DNA of 64,000 nucleotides, taken from contig MU058257.1 in the NCBI GenBank assembly GCA_013265495.1, forward strand, positions 1,044,020-1,108,019. Direction: 5' to 3'. Shown piece after piece: positions 37,580 through 50,577 of the stretch. Within the stretch, counting starts at the first letter, position 1; every line of letters starts with the position of its first letter. The stretch comes from Vicugna vicugna (lineage: Eukaryota). The notes beneath the pieces are model-generated. The model had not been told where the DNA came from, made no database searches, and saw nothing but the letters and a program-made list of their open reading frames with translations. The translations under genes were made by a program, and so were the position numbers.

Positions 37580-37790
37580 CGCGTGTGTGTAGGGTTTACG
37601 CTCAGAAACGACCATGGCGCTCAGTGACCGCGCTCCCGCCGAGCGCAGCCCCGGGCTGACGGCCGCCTGGCCTGGCCACGCGGCCTCGCCGTCAGCCGCT
37701 GACTCTGCCCCGGGCTTCCGCTGCCTGAAAGGCGTCATTTGTTCTCTTAAGTGCTGGCTCTTGGCCCTCTCTTCTCTCACAGACCCGCGT
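37580..37790. promoter_or_regulatory. Small CpG-dense cluster (orphan CpG-island-like)
   Basis: About 20 CpG in ~160-200 bp, counted by eye; contains a 10-bp perfect inverted repeat. Confidence 0.5.
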
Positions 37791-37982
37791 GTCTGTCTGC
37801 AGATGGCCTTCTCCTTTTTCTCTACTTGGGCCACGGATGTGCCCTGTCTTTGGCGAGCTTTCTTTCATTGATTTGATCTTTAAATGATCTTTAAGGTAGC
37901 TCCCCAGATCAGATCTGGGTGCTCTCCACGTGACCGCCAGCTCCCAGAGGTCTGTGTGAACTCTTAAACAGCTTTGGAGAAA

Positions 37983-37985
<3 letters not shown>

Positions 37986-38023
<38 letters not shown>
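37986..38023. repeat. (GT)19 microsatellite
   Basis: Uninterrupted GT dinucleotide run. Confidence 0.97.
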
Positions 38024-38025
<2 letters not shown>

Positions 38026-40385
38026 ACTCATTCAAGCATCCTCGCCAGACCTTGTATTCCCCAGACCCCAGCAGCCTCAGGCTATGTTTCCCATTAAGCA
38101 TTTATTTCCCTCTAAGATGTGATCTCTCTGCCCCTGAAAGAGGCTCCATTCCCACTGAGTGCCTGTTAGAAGCTCCCTGAGATTGGATTGAGCAGGTGGT
38201 CTCAGAATGCCAGTTTCCAAACACATTATTCATATGGAAAATGAGATCAGGGCTGAGGAAATCCAGTTCCGGTGATAGGTGAGAAGGAGTCGAGCTGTCG
38301 TTCGTGTCTGACCTGGGGCAGCTCAGGGAGCCTGTGTCATCACCACCGACTCCTGCCCCCTTCCTTCCTCACCAGAGCACTGCCTGGTTTCACGATGTCC
38401 CTGGACTGCTCCGGCACCTGCCTGGGGACCACAGGAACTGTTGGTGTTACCGCGATCCAGTGCCCCATGTGAGGTGGGCCTTCTCTGGCTGACACGCCAA
38501 CAAGGATGGATCGGATTTGTCCCCACTAGACCAAGTCACACCCTGTTGATACATAGGAGTCCTGAAGTCACACACAGGCTGGCCTCAGCTTAACTGCTGC
38601 TCACACTCTATTTTTAGCCAACAGAGCTCTGCTGAGTTCTGTCACCAAGTACAAACCTTCTCACCCATGGTTCATCTGAATCACCTCCAATCTCTGTGCA
38701 GCACAAGGAGGTCACACTAAGTTGGAAAAGAAAAAGCAAGCTGTGTGCAGGGTCCAACGGCCACACAGACACAAAAGTCACTGTCTCCCTCTGGCCACTA
38801 ATCATGCAGCCGTTCCCCAGCGTTCTCACCAGGGCCCCCACCAGCCACTCAGAGGTGACACGGTGGCATCCAAGTGCACCCCACTTTCCGATGAGCACCC
38901 CACATTCCCCACAGAGCTGCAGGATCAGTTTGGAACAATTATTGGCCATTTCATTTTCTGCAGCAAATGGTCTCAGTTTGGTTACAGCCCAGCCCCTGCC
39001 TGCTGACTCTGATACATCTTTCACAGAATCCCATTTTCATCCCTGTCACTAGAGTCCAAATGCCAACAGACTGATTACTCTTGCTGTGACAAATTCAGTA
39101 TCTCTTCGACAGCCTCTTCAGAGCCCGGTCTCCTGGGAAAACCGCTCCCTCCCCTCGGAGCCTTTTCATAATACTGCACGCTGAGATCACCGCCCTCGCC
39201 TCGGAAGCCCTTCACACGCTCATCGGCGACATTTTTCATATCAGTTCCCTCATGGCATGTTTCCCAGTTCTGCTTCACCTGTTTCCTGCCTGTCTGCGTG
39301 TCTCCGGGCGGCCCCTTGGTCAGCGGGACAAATCCTTCTGCCCCTGTAGGCTGTTGCCAAGCTTAATTTTAGCCCTCGGCAAATTATAGTCAGTCCTCGC
39401 TAATCAGATCAAAGCATTCGCTCCTGCTCGCTGGCCAGAATGGGGCTGATTCTTCATGACATAGCAAACCCCCTCGAACATTCCTTCTGAGTCAGCAGAG
39501 GGGTGCTCAGGCACACGAAGCCACAGACGGCTTCGCATGTTGCGATATGATGATCGGGGAGGATCATAAGACACGAAAGTCACACTTCGGTGCTGGCGGC
39601 CCCAGGGCCGGGCTGAAGGGCTCACTCTGCAGAGACACCTCTTCGGAGAGTGACACATCTAGGACACCACAAAGGGCAAATGTGGCCTTTGTCATATCAG
39701 TAAATTTGATGTCCTTTTGTTGAAGAAGCCCGGGAGCTCCGAAGCCCAAAATGTCTGGCCAGGCCCTCCATCTAGGATCACGGAAATGCCCCTCTCAAGC
39801 TTCTGGATTGAAAAACATCAACTGAATGTTGCTACAGATATTTTACCAAGTTTTGATAAATGATCAAAAATATTACCAAATAAATGATCCATCCTACCTC
39901 TTTCTGTTTTATATGTGGCCACTAAACTCTTCAGCAAGGAAACAAGTCCTGATTGGTAGAACCTTTTTATTGGCCGCTCTTGCTATTCACCAGTGGGTGA
40001 GAAGTACCCCCTCCGCCTCTTCCCCGTGGCGTTTGGGGGTAATGTGTGCACACAGCCAACTCCGACTGCTCTCTCTGACTATCTCTGGTATCCCAGGAAT
40101 TTAAATGTCAAGGATGTTGACAGGAGGGCTGACATTTCCCATCTGAAGTCTGGAAGGAGATCAGTCCCGTGAAACAGATAGGCTGATCTGGAAATAAAGT
40201 TCACTGGAGAACGACGAAGGGCAGTTCTCAGAAGCCAGTGATTCTCGGGTAACGGTGGTGACAGCCAGGCCCACTACGGGCAGTTAAAAAAATTAGAGAA
40301 TTTGCTATCTCTGTAAAATAGATTTCATTTCAAAATAGAAAGTAAAATTTTAAAAATAAAAAAACAGAGAAGTTGGTTTTTGTGC

Positions 40386-41744
40386 TTTCTTTTCTTTTTT
40401 TTTTAAATTTTTTATTGATTTATAATCATTTTACAATGTTGTGTCAAATTCCAGTGTTCAGCACAATTTTTCAGTCATTCATGGACATATACACACTCAT
40501 TGTCACATTTTTTTCTCTGTGAGTTATCATAACATTTTGTGTATATTTCCCTGTGCTATACAGTGTAATCTTGTTTATCTATTCTACAATTTTGAAATCC
40601 CAGTCTATCCCTTCCCACCCTCCACCCCCCTGGTAACCACAAGTCTGTATTCTCTGTCTGTGAGTCTATTTCTGTCCTGTATTTACACTTTGTTTTTGTT
40701 TGTTTGTTTGTTTTTGTTTTTGTTTTTTAGATTCCACATATGAGCGATCTCATATGGTATTTTTCTTTCTCTTTCTGGCTTACTTCACTTAGAATGACAT
40801 TCTCCAGGAGCATCCATGTTGCTGCAAATGGCATTATGTTGTCGGTTTTTATGGCTGAGTAGTATTCCATTGTATAAATATACCACCTCTTCTTTATCCA
40901 GTCACCTGTTGATGGACATTTAGGCTGTTTCCATGTTTTGGCTATTGTAAATAGTGCTGCTATGAACATTGGGGTGCAGGTGTCATCCTGAAGTAGATTT
41001 CCTTCTGGATACAAGCCCAGGAGTGGGATTCCTGGGTCATATGGTAAGTCTATTCCTAGTCTTTTGAGGAATCTCCACACTGTTTTCCATAGTGGCTGCA
41101 CCAAACTGCATTCCCACCAGCAGTGTAGGAGGGTTCCCCTTTCTCCACAGCCTCTCCAGCATTTGTCATTTGTGGATTTTTGAATGACGGCCATTCTGAC
41201 TGGTGTGAGGTGATACCTCATTGTAGTTTTGATTTGCATTTCTCTGATAATTAGTGATATTGAGCATTTTTTCATGTGCTTTTTGATCATTTGTATGTCT
41301 TCCTTGGAGAATTGCTTGTTTAGGTCTTCTGCCCATTTTTGGATTGGGTTGTTTATTTTTTTCTTATTGAGTCGTATGAGCTGCTTATATATTTTGGAGA
41401 TCAAGCCTTTGTCGGTTTCACTTGCAAAAATTTTCTCCCATTCCGTAGGTTTTCTTCTTGTTTTATTTCTGGTTTCCTTTGCTCTGCAGAAGCTTGTAAG
41501 TTTCATTAGGTCCCATTTGTTTATTCTTGCTTTTATTTCTTCTAGGAGAAAATTTTTGAAATGTATGTCAGATAATGTTTTGCCTATGTTTTCCTCTAGG
41601 AGGTTTATTGTATCTTGTCTTATGTTTAAGTCTTTAATCCATTTTGAGTTGATTTTTGTATATGGTGTAAGGGTGTGTTCTAGCTTCATTGTTTTACATG
41701 CTGCTGTCCAGTTTTCCCAACACCATTTGCTGAAGAGCCTGTCT
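40386..41744 (-). mobile_element. Young 5'-truncated LINE-1 (ORF2 C-terminal region, 3' UTR, poly-A)
   Basis: Poly-T at the left end, antisense L1 3' UTR, uninterrupted ORF2 reading frame. Confidence 0.97.
40727..41743 (-). pseudogene. LINE-1 ORF2p C-terminal fragment (post-RT region with Cys-rich domain); no endonuclease or RT core
   Basis: 320-aa [24 protein letters not shown]...[18 protein letters not shown]...[10 protein letters not shown]; the frame stays open 18 codons upstream ([18 protein letters not shown]) to the truncation point. Confidence 0.95.
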
Positions 41745-41954
41745 CATAATCTATGTAGAAATGTGGAGAAAACAGAACATTTGATCTTTCTTCCACCCTA
41801 CATGCTAGAAATTTTATTAATTATCTTCCCATGTATTAATAATTGGAAAATATTCTATGTGCCAAATTAATTAAAATTTGATTAAAGTTCTGTGAACAAT
41901 GAAATACACAAGACTATGAGGTCTGAGAAAACAAGAAGCACTGAGTTCAAGCAC

Positions 41955-42020
41955 TTTGCACAATGCCCAGCACATAGTAGGAACTCACTAAACACTTGTT
42001 TAATAAATGGATGAATGAAG
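41955..42020 (+). mobile_element. L2/MIR 3' terminus
   Basis: cacaatgcccagcacatagtaggaactcactaaacacttgtttaataaatggatgaatgaa. Confidence 0.65.
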
Positions 42021-43134
42021 GAATTGAAGAAATTACTTCCCAAGCTTGAGTTAAGAATTAAATGAGATGACTGTTGCTGGCACAGAGTAGGTATTCAATG
42101 CCTTCTCTTTTCCTTTCCTCCACAAAAGAGCTAGAGAAATCTCTCTCTATTCCAGACCACCACTCAGTTTTCACAGATGGCAGATCAAGAATGTTCACTT
42201 CATTACTTCACTGGTCCAGCAAGATGATCCAAGTCTTGGTAAAGACCAAAATGCCCATGAGGGGAGTCTGAACTCAGATTACAAAATCAGATACTGCCCT
42301 GCATTGCCTCAGCTCTAGAACCCCCTGAATGGTCTCAGAAAATACCTTCCTACAGAAAGGATGTGCTCAAGAGAAACTCCATCCCTGAACAGTTAGTGGC
42401 AAGGCTGGGCCCTGCTCTGTGTCCCTGCTCATGGCTCCCCTCTCACTGCCCAGAAAGAAGTCTGAAGAAGTAATCCAGTTCGTGTTGACTCAGTTACTGA
42501 CAACAGAAGGATGGCGGATAATTCCAGATTTCACTACACTTGTATTTTAATAAGCTAAAGTCTTCCTGAGATGATTTTTGTATGATTCTTACCTAAGAAA
42601 TGGCAGCACACTTCAGATCTCTTGAGTTCTTTTCATCCCCAGAAATCTTTGAGCTACTATAAAATGCTCACATATCGACCTAAAAGGAAAAGTTCCTGTT
42701 GCAAGGACCCATTCATTCTTGCACTGAGAAGCTTCTCAGCTGGTGGGACACATATGGGCACCCACCGCCCATGGGTACAGTCTGGCCCACGGGAACTATG
42801 GGTAAAGAGCCCACCCAACAGACTCCTCAGAACAGTTTCCACCCATCACTCATCATTTTCCTCAAATAAAATGGCAAGGCCAGCTGAACATTTTATTTAA
42901 GCAAATGTTTGAAAACTCACTAAAAAGTGAACATGGAAGGCCAAAATTTTTACTGTAACCTTGGATCAGTATTTGCACTAAAGAGAAATGGAACTCATGT
43001 AACAATTTATCTTTTTTCATGTAAAGTTTCAAATTTTTTTCATTTAAAATTTCATTGGTGGATTATATTTGTCATCAATATTTACATGTATATGCCTGAT
43101 TCATTTTTTTCCCTTCTTCCTTTTTTTTTTTTTT

Positions 43135-43240
43135 GTATTTAGTATGTGCAGAGTCCTGTGCTTGGCACTGCAGGCAACACTGCATTGAACAAACCGTGTT
43201 TCCTACTCAGTGAGCTTACAGTTTTACAGGGCAGACAGGC
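43135..43240 (-). mobile_element. LINE-2 3' end relic
   Basis: tatgtgcagagtcctgtgcttggcactg...gtgagcttacagttt resembles the antisense L2 terminus. Confidence 0.6.
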
Positions 43241-46200
43241 CCTCTCATAGTCAACTCATAGTCAACATGAAACCTAAAGATGATACAAAATCCGATAAGA
43301 GCATCCAAGTCCGAGGCCCTGCTGAGTGTTGAGAAGAGGGACTAGTAGGGGAGAGGATGGTGAAAAGCCATCCCCAGGCATCTGATCTCCCCTGCTCCTG
43401 GGCAGCCCTGATGAACCCATTACTACCTCTTACTACAAAGGCACGTGCACATCATTTCCTCAATATTTCTCCCAGCACCAGGTGTTGATGGTTTCAAGTT
43501 GAAATGAAGTTTCATAATCATTTCTCTTCTATTTTTCCCTCCTATGCTCACCTTTCCTCTTAGTTCATCTCCCGGCGTGTTCACGGGGGTGAGTTCGTGC
43601 CTAATTATTCAATCAACAACATAAGAATTGGAATTTAGCTTTGATTTCTAATGAGCCTGGGCAGGGCAATCCAGGTTTCAGTTTGGCCAGAATCATAAGC
43701 AAAGATAAGCAAACCCTGGCTCAGGTAAGAGTGAAATTTGGTTAATGATCTTTTGATGGAATTGACAGAAGGTGGTTCTTGACTGGTTTGGTTGCAGAAG
43801 TTTTCACACACCAAATGGGAACACTATCTGCTATCTTCCCTTGTACCTCAACAGAGACCCTGGAAATGAGCTGAGGAGGCAGAGATGGGCAGAGTAATTC
43901 TTGATGTATGAGCTTTAATGCTACAAAAATTTGACCCATAGAAAAATGTAGCATTAGTTATATCAAGTTTAGATAGGACACTGCAAGTGGATTCCTGTAA
44001 TATAGAGTTTACAAAACCTCTCTGATCCTCACACTTCCTCTCTTCCAGAAACCACAGAGAAGCAATAAGTGTCAGTGGCAAATCTAAAGGGCCTTTGTTC
44101 GTTCTGTTCTAAGAGCTTTTGGGGTAGGGGGGTCCACACATTTTTCAATAGTAGATGTGACCAGTAGAATTCAAGGCGCCTTGATATGATTTTTTTTCAC
44201 AGCCCTACAGATAGCTCTGACCAACCAAAATAGATTGCTTCAAAAACACAAAAGAAGTAGAAGCAGCACCTTTATGTTGTCAAGATGGATGCAATCAGAC
44301 TCCTCCTTGCATTTGGTGCCACCATGACAGAAGGAACAATTTCAACTTCACTGTATGGTAGAAAGATTTATGGCTGGAAAGCATTCTCCTGTCCTTTGGG
44401 CAAGTGCGTTTGGCATTATTAACAAAAATGCTGTGACTGACTCTTTCTTGGCTGGAATTTTTTATAATCCTGTTGGTCTGCTCCCGACTGGGAGAAAAAG
44501 AAGTCGAGTTTAATTATATAGATAGATAGATCTAGACATTTACACAGTGAGAGAGGGAGAGAGAAGTCTTTATCATTTAACTCTTTTTATAATTTAATTG
44601 TAAGTTTTATAATTTAACTTTACGTCCACATGATTATTCATTTTGCCATTATATACTTGGAATAATTAAAAAAGACAGTTTCTTATCAGAAATATCTGCC
44701 AAGTTCCAGTTTAGTTTGGGACTCTTGGACATCGTGTTCTTAGAGCCCTCTGAGGTAGAGCTCTGAAGCTGACGTCAGCAGTGTCACTCTGCCGATCCGT
44801 AGTCGCGTTGACCAGGAAAACTGCGGTGAGATATTAACTGCACTCTTTCAGTGCGTGGCAAATTCAGTATAGCGCAGCCAAACATTCAAGGGATTAAGCT
44901 GGCTGGTCGTAGGTCTAATTGTGTTCTTTTTCATGGGGGAACACCAAAGAAGATTCATGATCTGCACTTTTTTTTTTTTACTGTCCTTGTTTTCTCCTGA
45001 TCTAAACCCAAATGGAAAGGGGAGATAGAGGGAGTCAACACTAATCCAGTTTAGAGGTTCTGCAAGCGATGGATGAAACCGCTTAGAAAAAGTGGAGTAT
45101 TGGGGTGCAACTAAATACACAAACTGAAGAACTTGGGCTTCTAGGCTTCCTTCATCTAACCCCCCTGTAGACCCCCAACTTCCTGAGGCCTCTAAGCTGC
45201 AAGCACATGGTCCCCATGTCTCAGCTTGGACGCCAGCCCCTCCCACCCCAGCACCAGTCCTTTCCCTCCCACATTCATAGCCTGATGAGTTCCTTCTCAT
45301 GGTTCTGGACATTAGCCATTGATTTCTTTGACCAAACCTCATCTCTGATGTGTTCTCTTTATGCCCTTTTTTGTTTTTCTTACTGCTTTATGCTTGACCT
45401 TTTCCAGACCCTGTATAAAAAGACACATCACCTCCAGTATCTGACCCTTCCTAGTTCACGGTTCTTTTCTTGCCTTTTTGGCCCAGTTTCAGCTGTAATT
45501 ATTTGCATGTCAGTGTTGTCTTTCTCTGATACCTATTTTCTGTGTATTTTTTCCCTCATCTCCTGTGACCCTGAACTCTGTAACTACATTGAAAACCAGG
45601 ACACACTTGGATACAGGTTGTGTGAAGAGAGATGCTGAGAAGAAAGTTGCCCCACCGCGTGGCATGAGCTCCAGCCTCCACGTTTGCTCTTCCCGATTGG
45701 CTGTTTTGAAAGAGGCATCTTGTTCCTGTAACTTTTCCTGACCTGATGGGTTATTCTCAGTCCCAAACCACAAAGTCAGTTAGATGCACACTGAAGAGAA
45801 ATTTTTAAAGTTATTAGAATGAAAAAAAAATGTTTATTTTTTTTATTTTACAGAGTCATGAAAGCTATAAGTAAGACCATAATAAACCCTAAACTGGAAA
45901 CCACTGAAAAGTGATTTCTCTAGTGAGGCAAATTGTTAGTGTCTATTCCAGTTAAAATAACTCTTTGGGCCCCAACTTGAACAGTATTCTATGGGACAGC
46001 ATATTGAGAGCAGCAAGAATGCGTTTGTTAGTAGAACTTGCTGTAAGTCTCCAAGGGGAGAAAGTTTTTGGAAGTGTGTCATGGTAAATCAATGTATTTG
46101 TCACGGGTTGAAGAATGGCAGAAGATACAGGAAAACCCAATGCTGATCGCTTGGTTACAAACGACTTGCAGATGTTAAAATGTGTTTCCCAATAAAAAAT

Positions 46201-46522
46201 AAGACAAAATGCCAGGCTGTCTGGCAAGAAGGGGCTAGACACCTGCCTAAAAACAATGAGCGTCAAAATAAGTGGAAACAACCAAGGTACTCCTGAAACT
46301 GTCTTCCTGAAAGCTAGCAAGGGTGCCTCCATCCTCTTTGTTCACATGAACTACAGGTTCCTAGACTGAACAGACAGGGAGTGTGCCCTTGTAATTGGCG
46401 TCTCAGCACAGATGAGGGGCACTCAGCTTTGCAACTTCTGTGACATTGTGATTTATCAGTGGCCTGGTTCTGATACTCTCATCTCTATACTGATTGTAGA
46501 AAACTCCTTCAGAGCATCCTGG

Positions 46523-47023
46523 TGTAACAGGGAAGAACCAACCTGACCCCACACCGGATCCGTGCCTTTGGCTCTAACCCTGCGCTCTGTTTCCTGGGCT
46601 CATTCATGCTGGTTCTGCACCTTTTGTAAAAGGATGTTTCCTAGAGCCTAAAATAGACAGGAGAGCCCAGTCTCCAGGCTCTAACCTTCAAGGGGATAAC
46701 ACTTTCCCATTCATACAGAGATAAAAAGTTGCAGACTAGAAAATAACATTTGTCTTGTTGGAGCTTTACAAGGATGCCATGACCTGCCCCACGTGGGCAT
46801 CTGCAAGAACAAAGGATTCCGACACCAAGAAGTTTGCAACAACCAACCACATCTCCTCTCCTTTCAGTATAAAAGGAGCCTGAGTTCTGACTTGGGCAAG
46901 ATGGGTCTCCAGGACATTAGTTCCCCATCTTCTCTGTCTGCTGTTGTTCTTCCTTGCCCCAACACCTTGTCTTCCGATTTATTGGCCTGTCGTACAGTAA
47001 GCAGGAGTTTGGACTCAGTAACA
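46523..47023 (+). mobile_element. Solo LTR, ERV1 class, 501 bp
   Basis: TGTAAC...GTAACA termini, TATAAAA at 46868, flanks ctgg/ccag consistent with a decayed ccgg TSD. Confidence 0.87.
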
Positions 47024-50000
47024 CCAGCAGGGCCCGGCATCGGGCTCCAAATGACTTCCAGCTGCCTGTTTGCTTTTCACGTTCACCATGGAAATTCAGG
47101 AACATTTTCATAATATGACAAGTGGTATCACAATAAATCCTCTGGTTCTCTTACCAGTTTGAGACAAAGATCAACTTCTAAATTGGACCGTTTCTCAAAA
47201 ACAGATCAAGCAAATTCCTAGAAGCCATGTAGCCTGAGATGAAGGAGCTACATGTCACCCAACGCAAAAAGCAAGCTCGCTTCTCAGGTCAAGAGGCAAA
47301 TACCCAGTGACCTCTTAAAATAATCAGACCTCACTGAGACCCAAGCTTCATAGTTAGAGGCAAGTCAAATAAATGGATTAATTCAAAGTGTTGAATTGGA
47401 CTGATTAATTCAAGGAATTGAATTGAATGGAATGGACTCTGGGAGCCCATACAGGAGAGAAAATGGGTAGGAAAAATGGATTGTGAAAGTCCACAAGGAT
47501 TAATCAAACATTCCGAATGTCTTATTTCACTGTGAATATTGTAAAGACGTCACCATGACATGGCTCCAGATACACTGTAGTTAGGTTCTGTGAATATGTA
47601 ATTTGGATTCAAAGACCAAAACAAAGAATCCTTTACAAAGTCCTTGTAAAATAAATTTAATGAGTATTTATTTTTTGAAATTTAATGAAAATATCAAATG
47701 AGTAAGCTCTCCAGAGAAGCAGACAATAGCTAGCCACTACTTTTTAAAAGAAATCATTTCCCCCCATAAATAGTGGGAAATGTTTCTTTATTCACATACA
47801 TGTGTCTTATTTGTGCTTTGGGGGCATTTTAATTTCCAGAAGCAATTGGTGTGGAGACGTTTGGCGTTTGGGTTAATGTTTATTCTTGAAAGATTTGTTT
47901 TGGTTAAATGTGAGTTAGCGGCATTTAAACCTATTGAAAAGCCTATAATTAACATAGATAGGATGTTGAGGCCAAATGTTTTTAGAGTCTTTTGCTTTAG
48001 CAGTTTAATTTTATGCAAAAAAAAAAACCCAAAAAACAATGAAGCCCACTTAAATGAACACCTGCTCAAAGAATAGCCATGTAGAGAAGATCATATCTGA
48101 AGTCAAACAAATATAAATTTTAAAAAGCCACACAATAAAATCACACGTCAATACTCTCGGTATGCCTGTAACAAAATAATGAATATTTATGTAATATAAT
48201 GATGAAACAGACTATAGACAACCACGTGGTCATTTTCACTTCCAGCCTCAATTAATCACCATCATTCTTAGCAAAGCAATTTTCAGGTGAAAATATAAAC
48301 AGATATGAACGCCATTAAAATGAAGATATTCATAAATTTACTCATATTTTCACCTGGTGCACAAGGCATAATAAAAGCACACATGCAAATATCAAACCAG
48401 CAACTGAAAATTTTCCAGAGATTTGCCTTGTTGAAATAATCTTCATTTACAGTGTTTCCAAAGTTCAACGGGAGAGTGGGCTATCTATTTTTTTGTGTAT
48501 CATTCCTATGGAATTTTGTAAATGTCATTCACTTTTATGAATTCAAAAACTCAACAAAAATATGGGTTATCTGGGATGTTATTTAGACACAGTTCCTCAA
48601 ATTTCATTCTCCAATAGCTATTCAAAACACTGTCACTCTAAGATTACCCTATTTTATGTTATTTTTACATAAGAGAAAGCTGTAACTTGCATTTAAGATA
48701 CTAAGATTGATTTCAGCTCCTCCTTAAGTGTGATGATCAGATCATATTTCAAATATTTCTCAAAACAGAATCAAAATTCTCTGGACAGAGTCCACGCATG
48801 AAAATTGGTATTTATTTTATTGCAGTTTTTTTTTCTGATGTAGACCCTGTAAGCAAAATCACTGTCTGTAGCACTTGATTCATTCTGTTTTTAATTATTA
48901 ACAGAAGACTCCTGAGTTGGCACCGGGGGTGGCATCGCAGCTCTCACGGACATCGCATGAAACTACGGACACATTCTGACCAACTTTTTCAAGAGTTCCA
49001 TCGACTGACTTCTGCAGAGCAGCGCTCTTGGGGAATTTGCTCTCGGACTGTGTTCACAGTCCTCAAGTCACTCCTGAGGAGTCTGCAGAGTTCATATCCT
49101 GATCTCACAGCAGAGGAAGTCTTGATAAGGTACTGGTATTAGAGGCATAAAGAACAAAACGGGTTTTTCCTGTGATTAGTGCAACGGAGGCACATGACAA
49201 CTCTTTTTATTTACTCCATCTTTTTAACAAAGACTTTAAAAGCCTTCATGTAGTCTAGTTCCCCTAGAGAAACTACCAGATAGGTAAGAATTTCTACTAG
49301 GCTTTACGAATACTGAAAAGGGAAGTGGAGTCCACTGGGTCCAGGAGGTCCACTCACATGCAAAGGGTTCCCATGGACCAGAACTGCGGCCCCTGGGATC
49401 TGCACAAACCCAGGGGACCCCATTTTCATGGCAGCACACCAGGCAGAAGGGAGGGCAGCCTGAGCGCCATCGGCAGTGGCTTCTCACGCGCTCTGTGCAA
49501 TCCCTTGCCGCCTGGAAGGAAGCACGTTTGCCTAGAGAAGGGGCTGGCTCCTGCGAAGCAGAAGAAAATGACAAAAGAAACCCTGAGGCAGCAGACAGAA
49601 AGGTCTTTCTGGGCTCCTGGGCCCCACCCTTGGTTCCACAGTCCATCCTCTTTCTAGTTTCTGATTCTTATCTTGGCGAAGGTGCTACCAAGATTCAAGC
49701 ACTGAGTCTCACCAACCTTTCAACAGTGGCCTTTGGGAATCAAATTGTTATCACAGCTCAAGACAATGAGTTGATAACAACAGTGACAATATGTGTGGGC
49801 GTCTCCAGAGCAAAGTGCTGCGGGAGGTACTCATTTCCCTGTTGCCAGAAGGGCCAGTGTCTCTCTCGAAGGGTGTGGTTTCTTCAAGCTTCTGGGCTGA
49901 GATGATTAAAGGACTTTCCTGATCTTGATAAACTGCCCCTTGGTCTTGGATAGCCTCTCCACAGCTTTGATAACACCTTTTTATCCAACAGTAGAGACGC

Positions 50001-50577
50001 TTCGGATCCAGAATGGCTTTGGCTCACATGGTGGATGGTCTTCTCTGGAAAGTGAAGAAGGGTGATCTGGTTGGTTTCCTCTGATGCTTCTGAACAAGAC
50101 GGCTGATGCTCCGGGGTCCATGACTCGCACGTGTGGGAGGCCCTCCTTTGTAGCAGGGAGCGGCCTTCTCCCTGGGTCTTCCCTGAATGAGGTTTTATCT
50201 TACAGACCCACCTCTAATTTGAAATTCCTTGGGAATGATGTAAATAAACCTTTGACTCCTGAACTGTGTGATCCTCTTGGCTTCCTCAACATTGAAGTTA
50301 ATTCTTGAGTAAGAGCTGAAGGAGGACAATTTGCATTAATTATGGTCACATCTGAAATTCCTGTCTTGACCATTTACTAATCTAATTATTGCCATTTTTG
50401 TCTTCAACCTCAAGCAGAAGAAAATGATGGAGTAGATAGAAGGGCTTGCGTGGGAGTACTTAGACTAGATAAATGATTTTGAAACGGTATCCTCTTTTTA
50501 CTTTCTTTTTTTTCTGTGGTAAAGTCCTCTCTTCCGGTAATATTATTTATAAAAATTAACATTGTATACATCAGCAT

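Noticed and set aside
41229..41870. 213-aa hydrophobic plus-strand ORF
   Set aside because: The familiar antisense shadow of L1 ORF2
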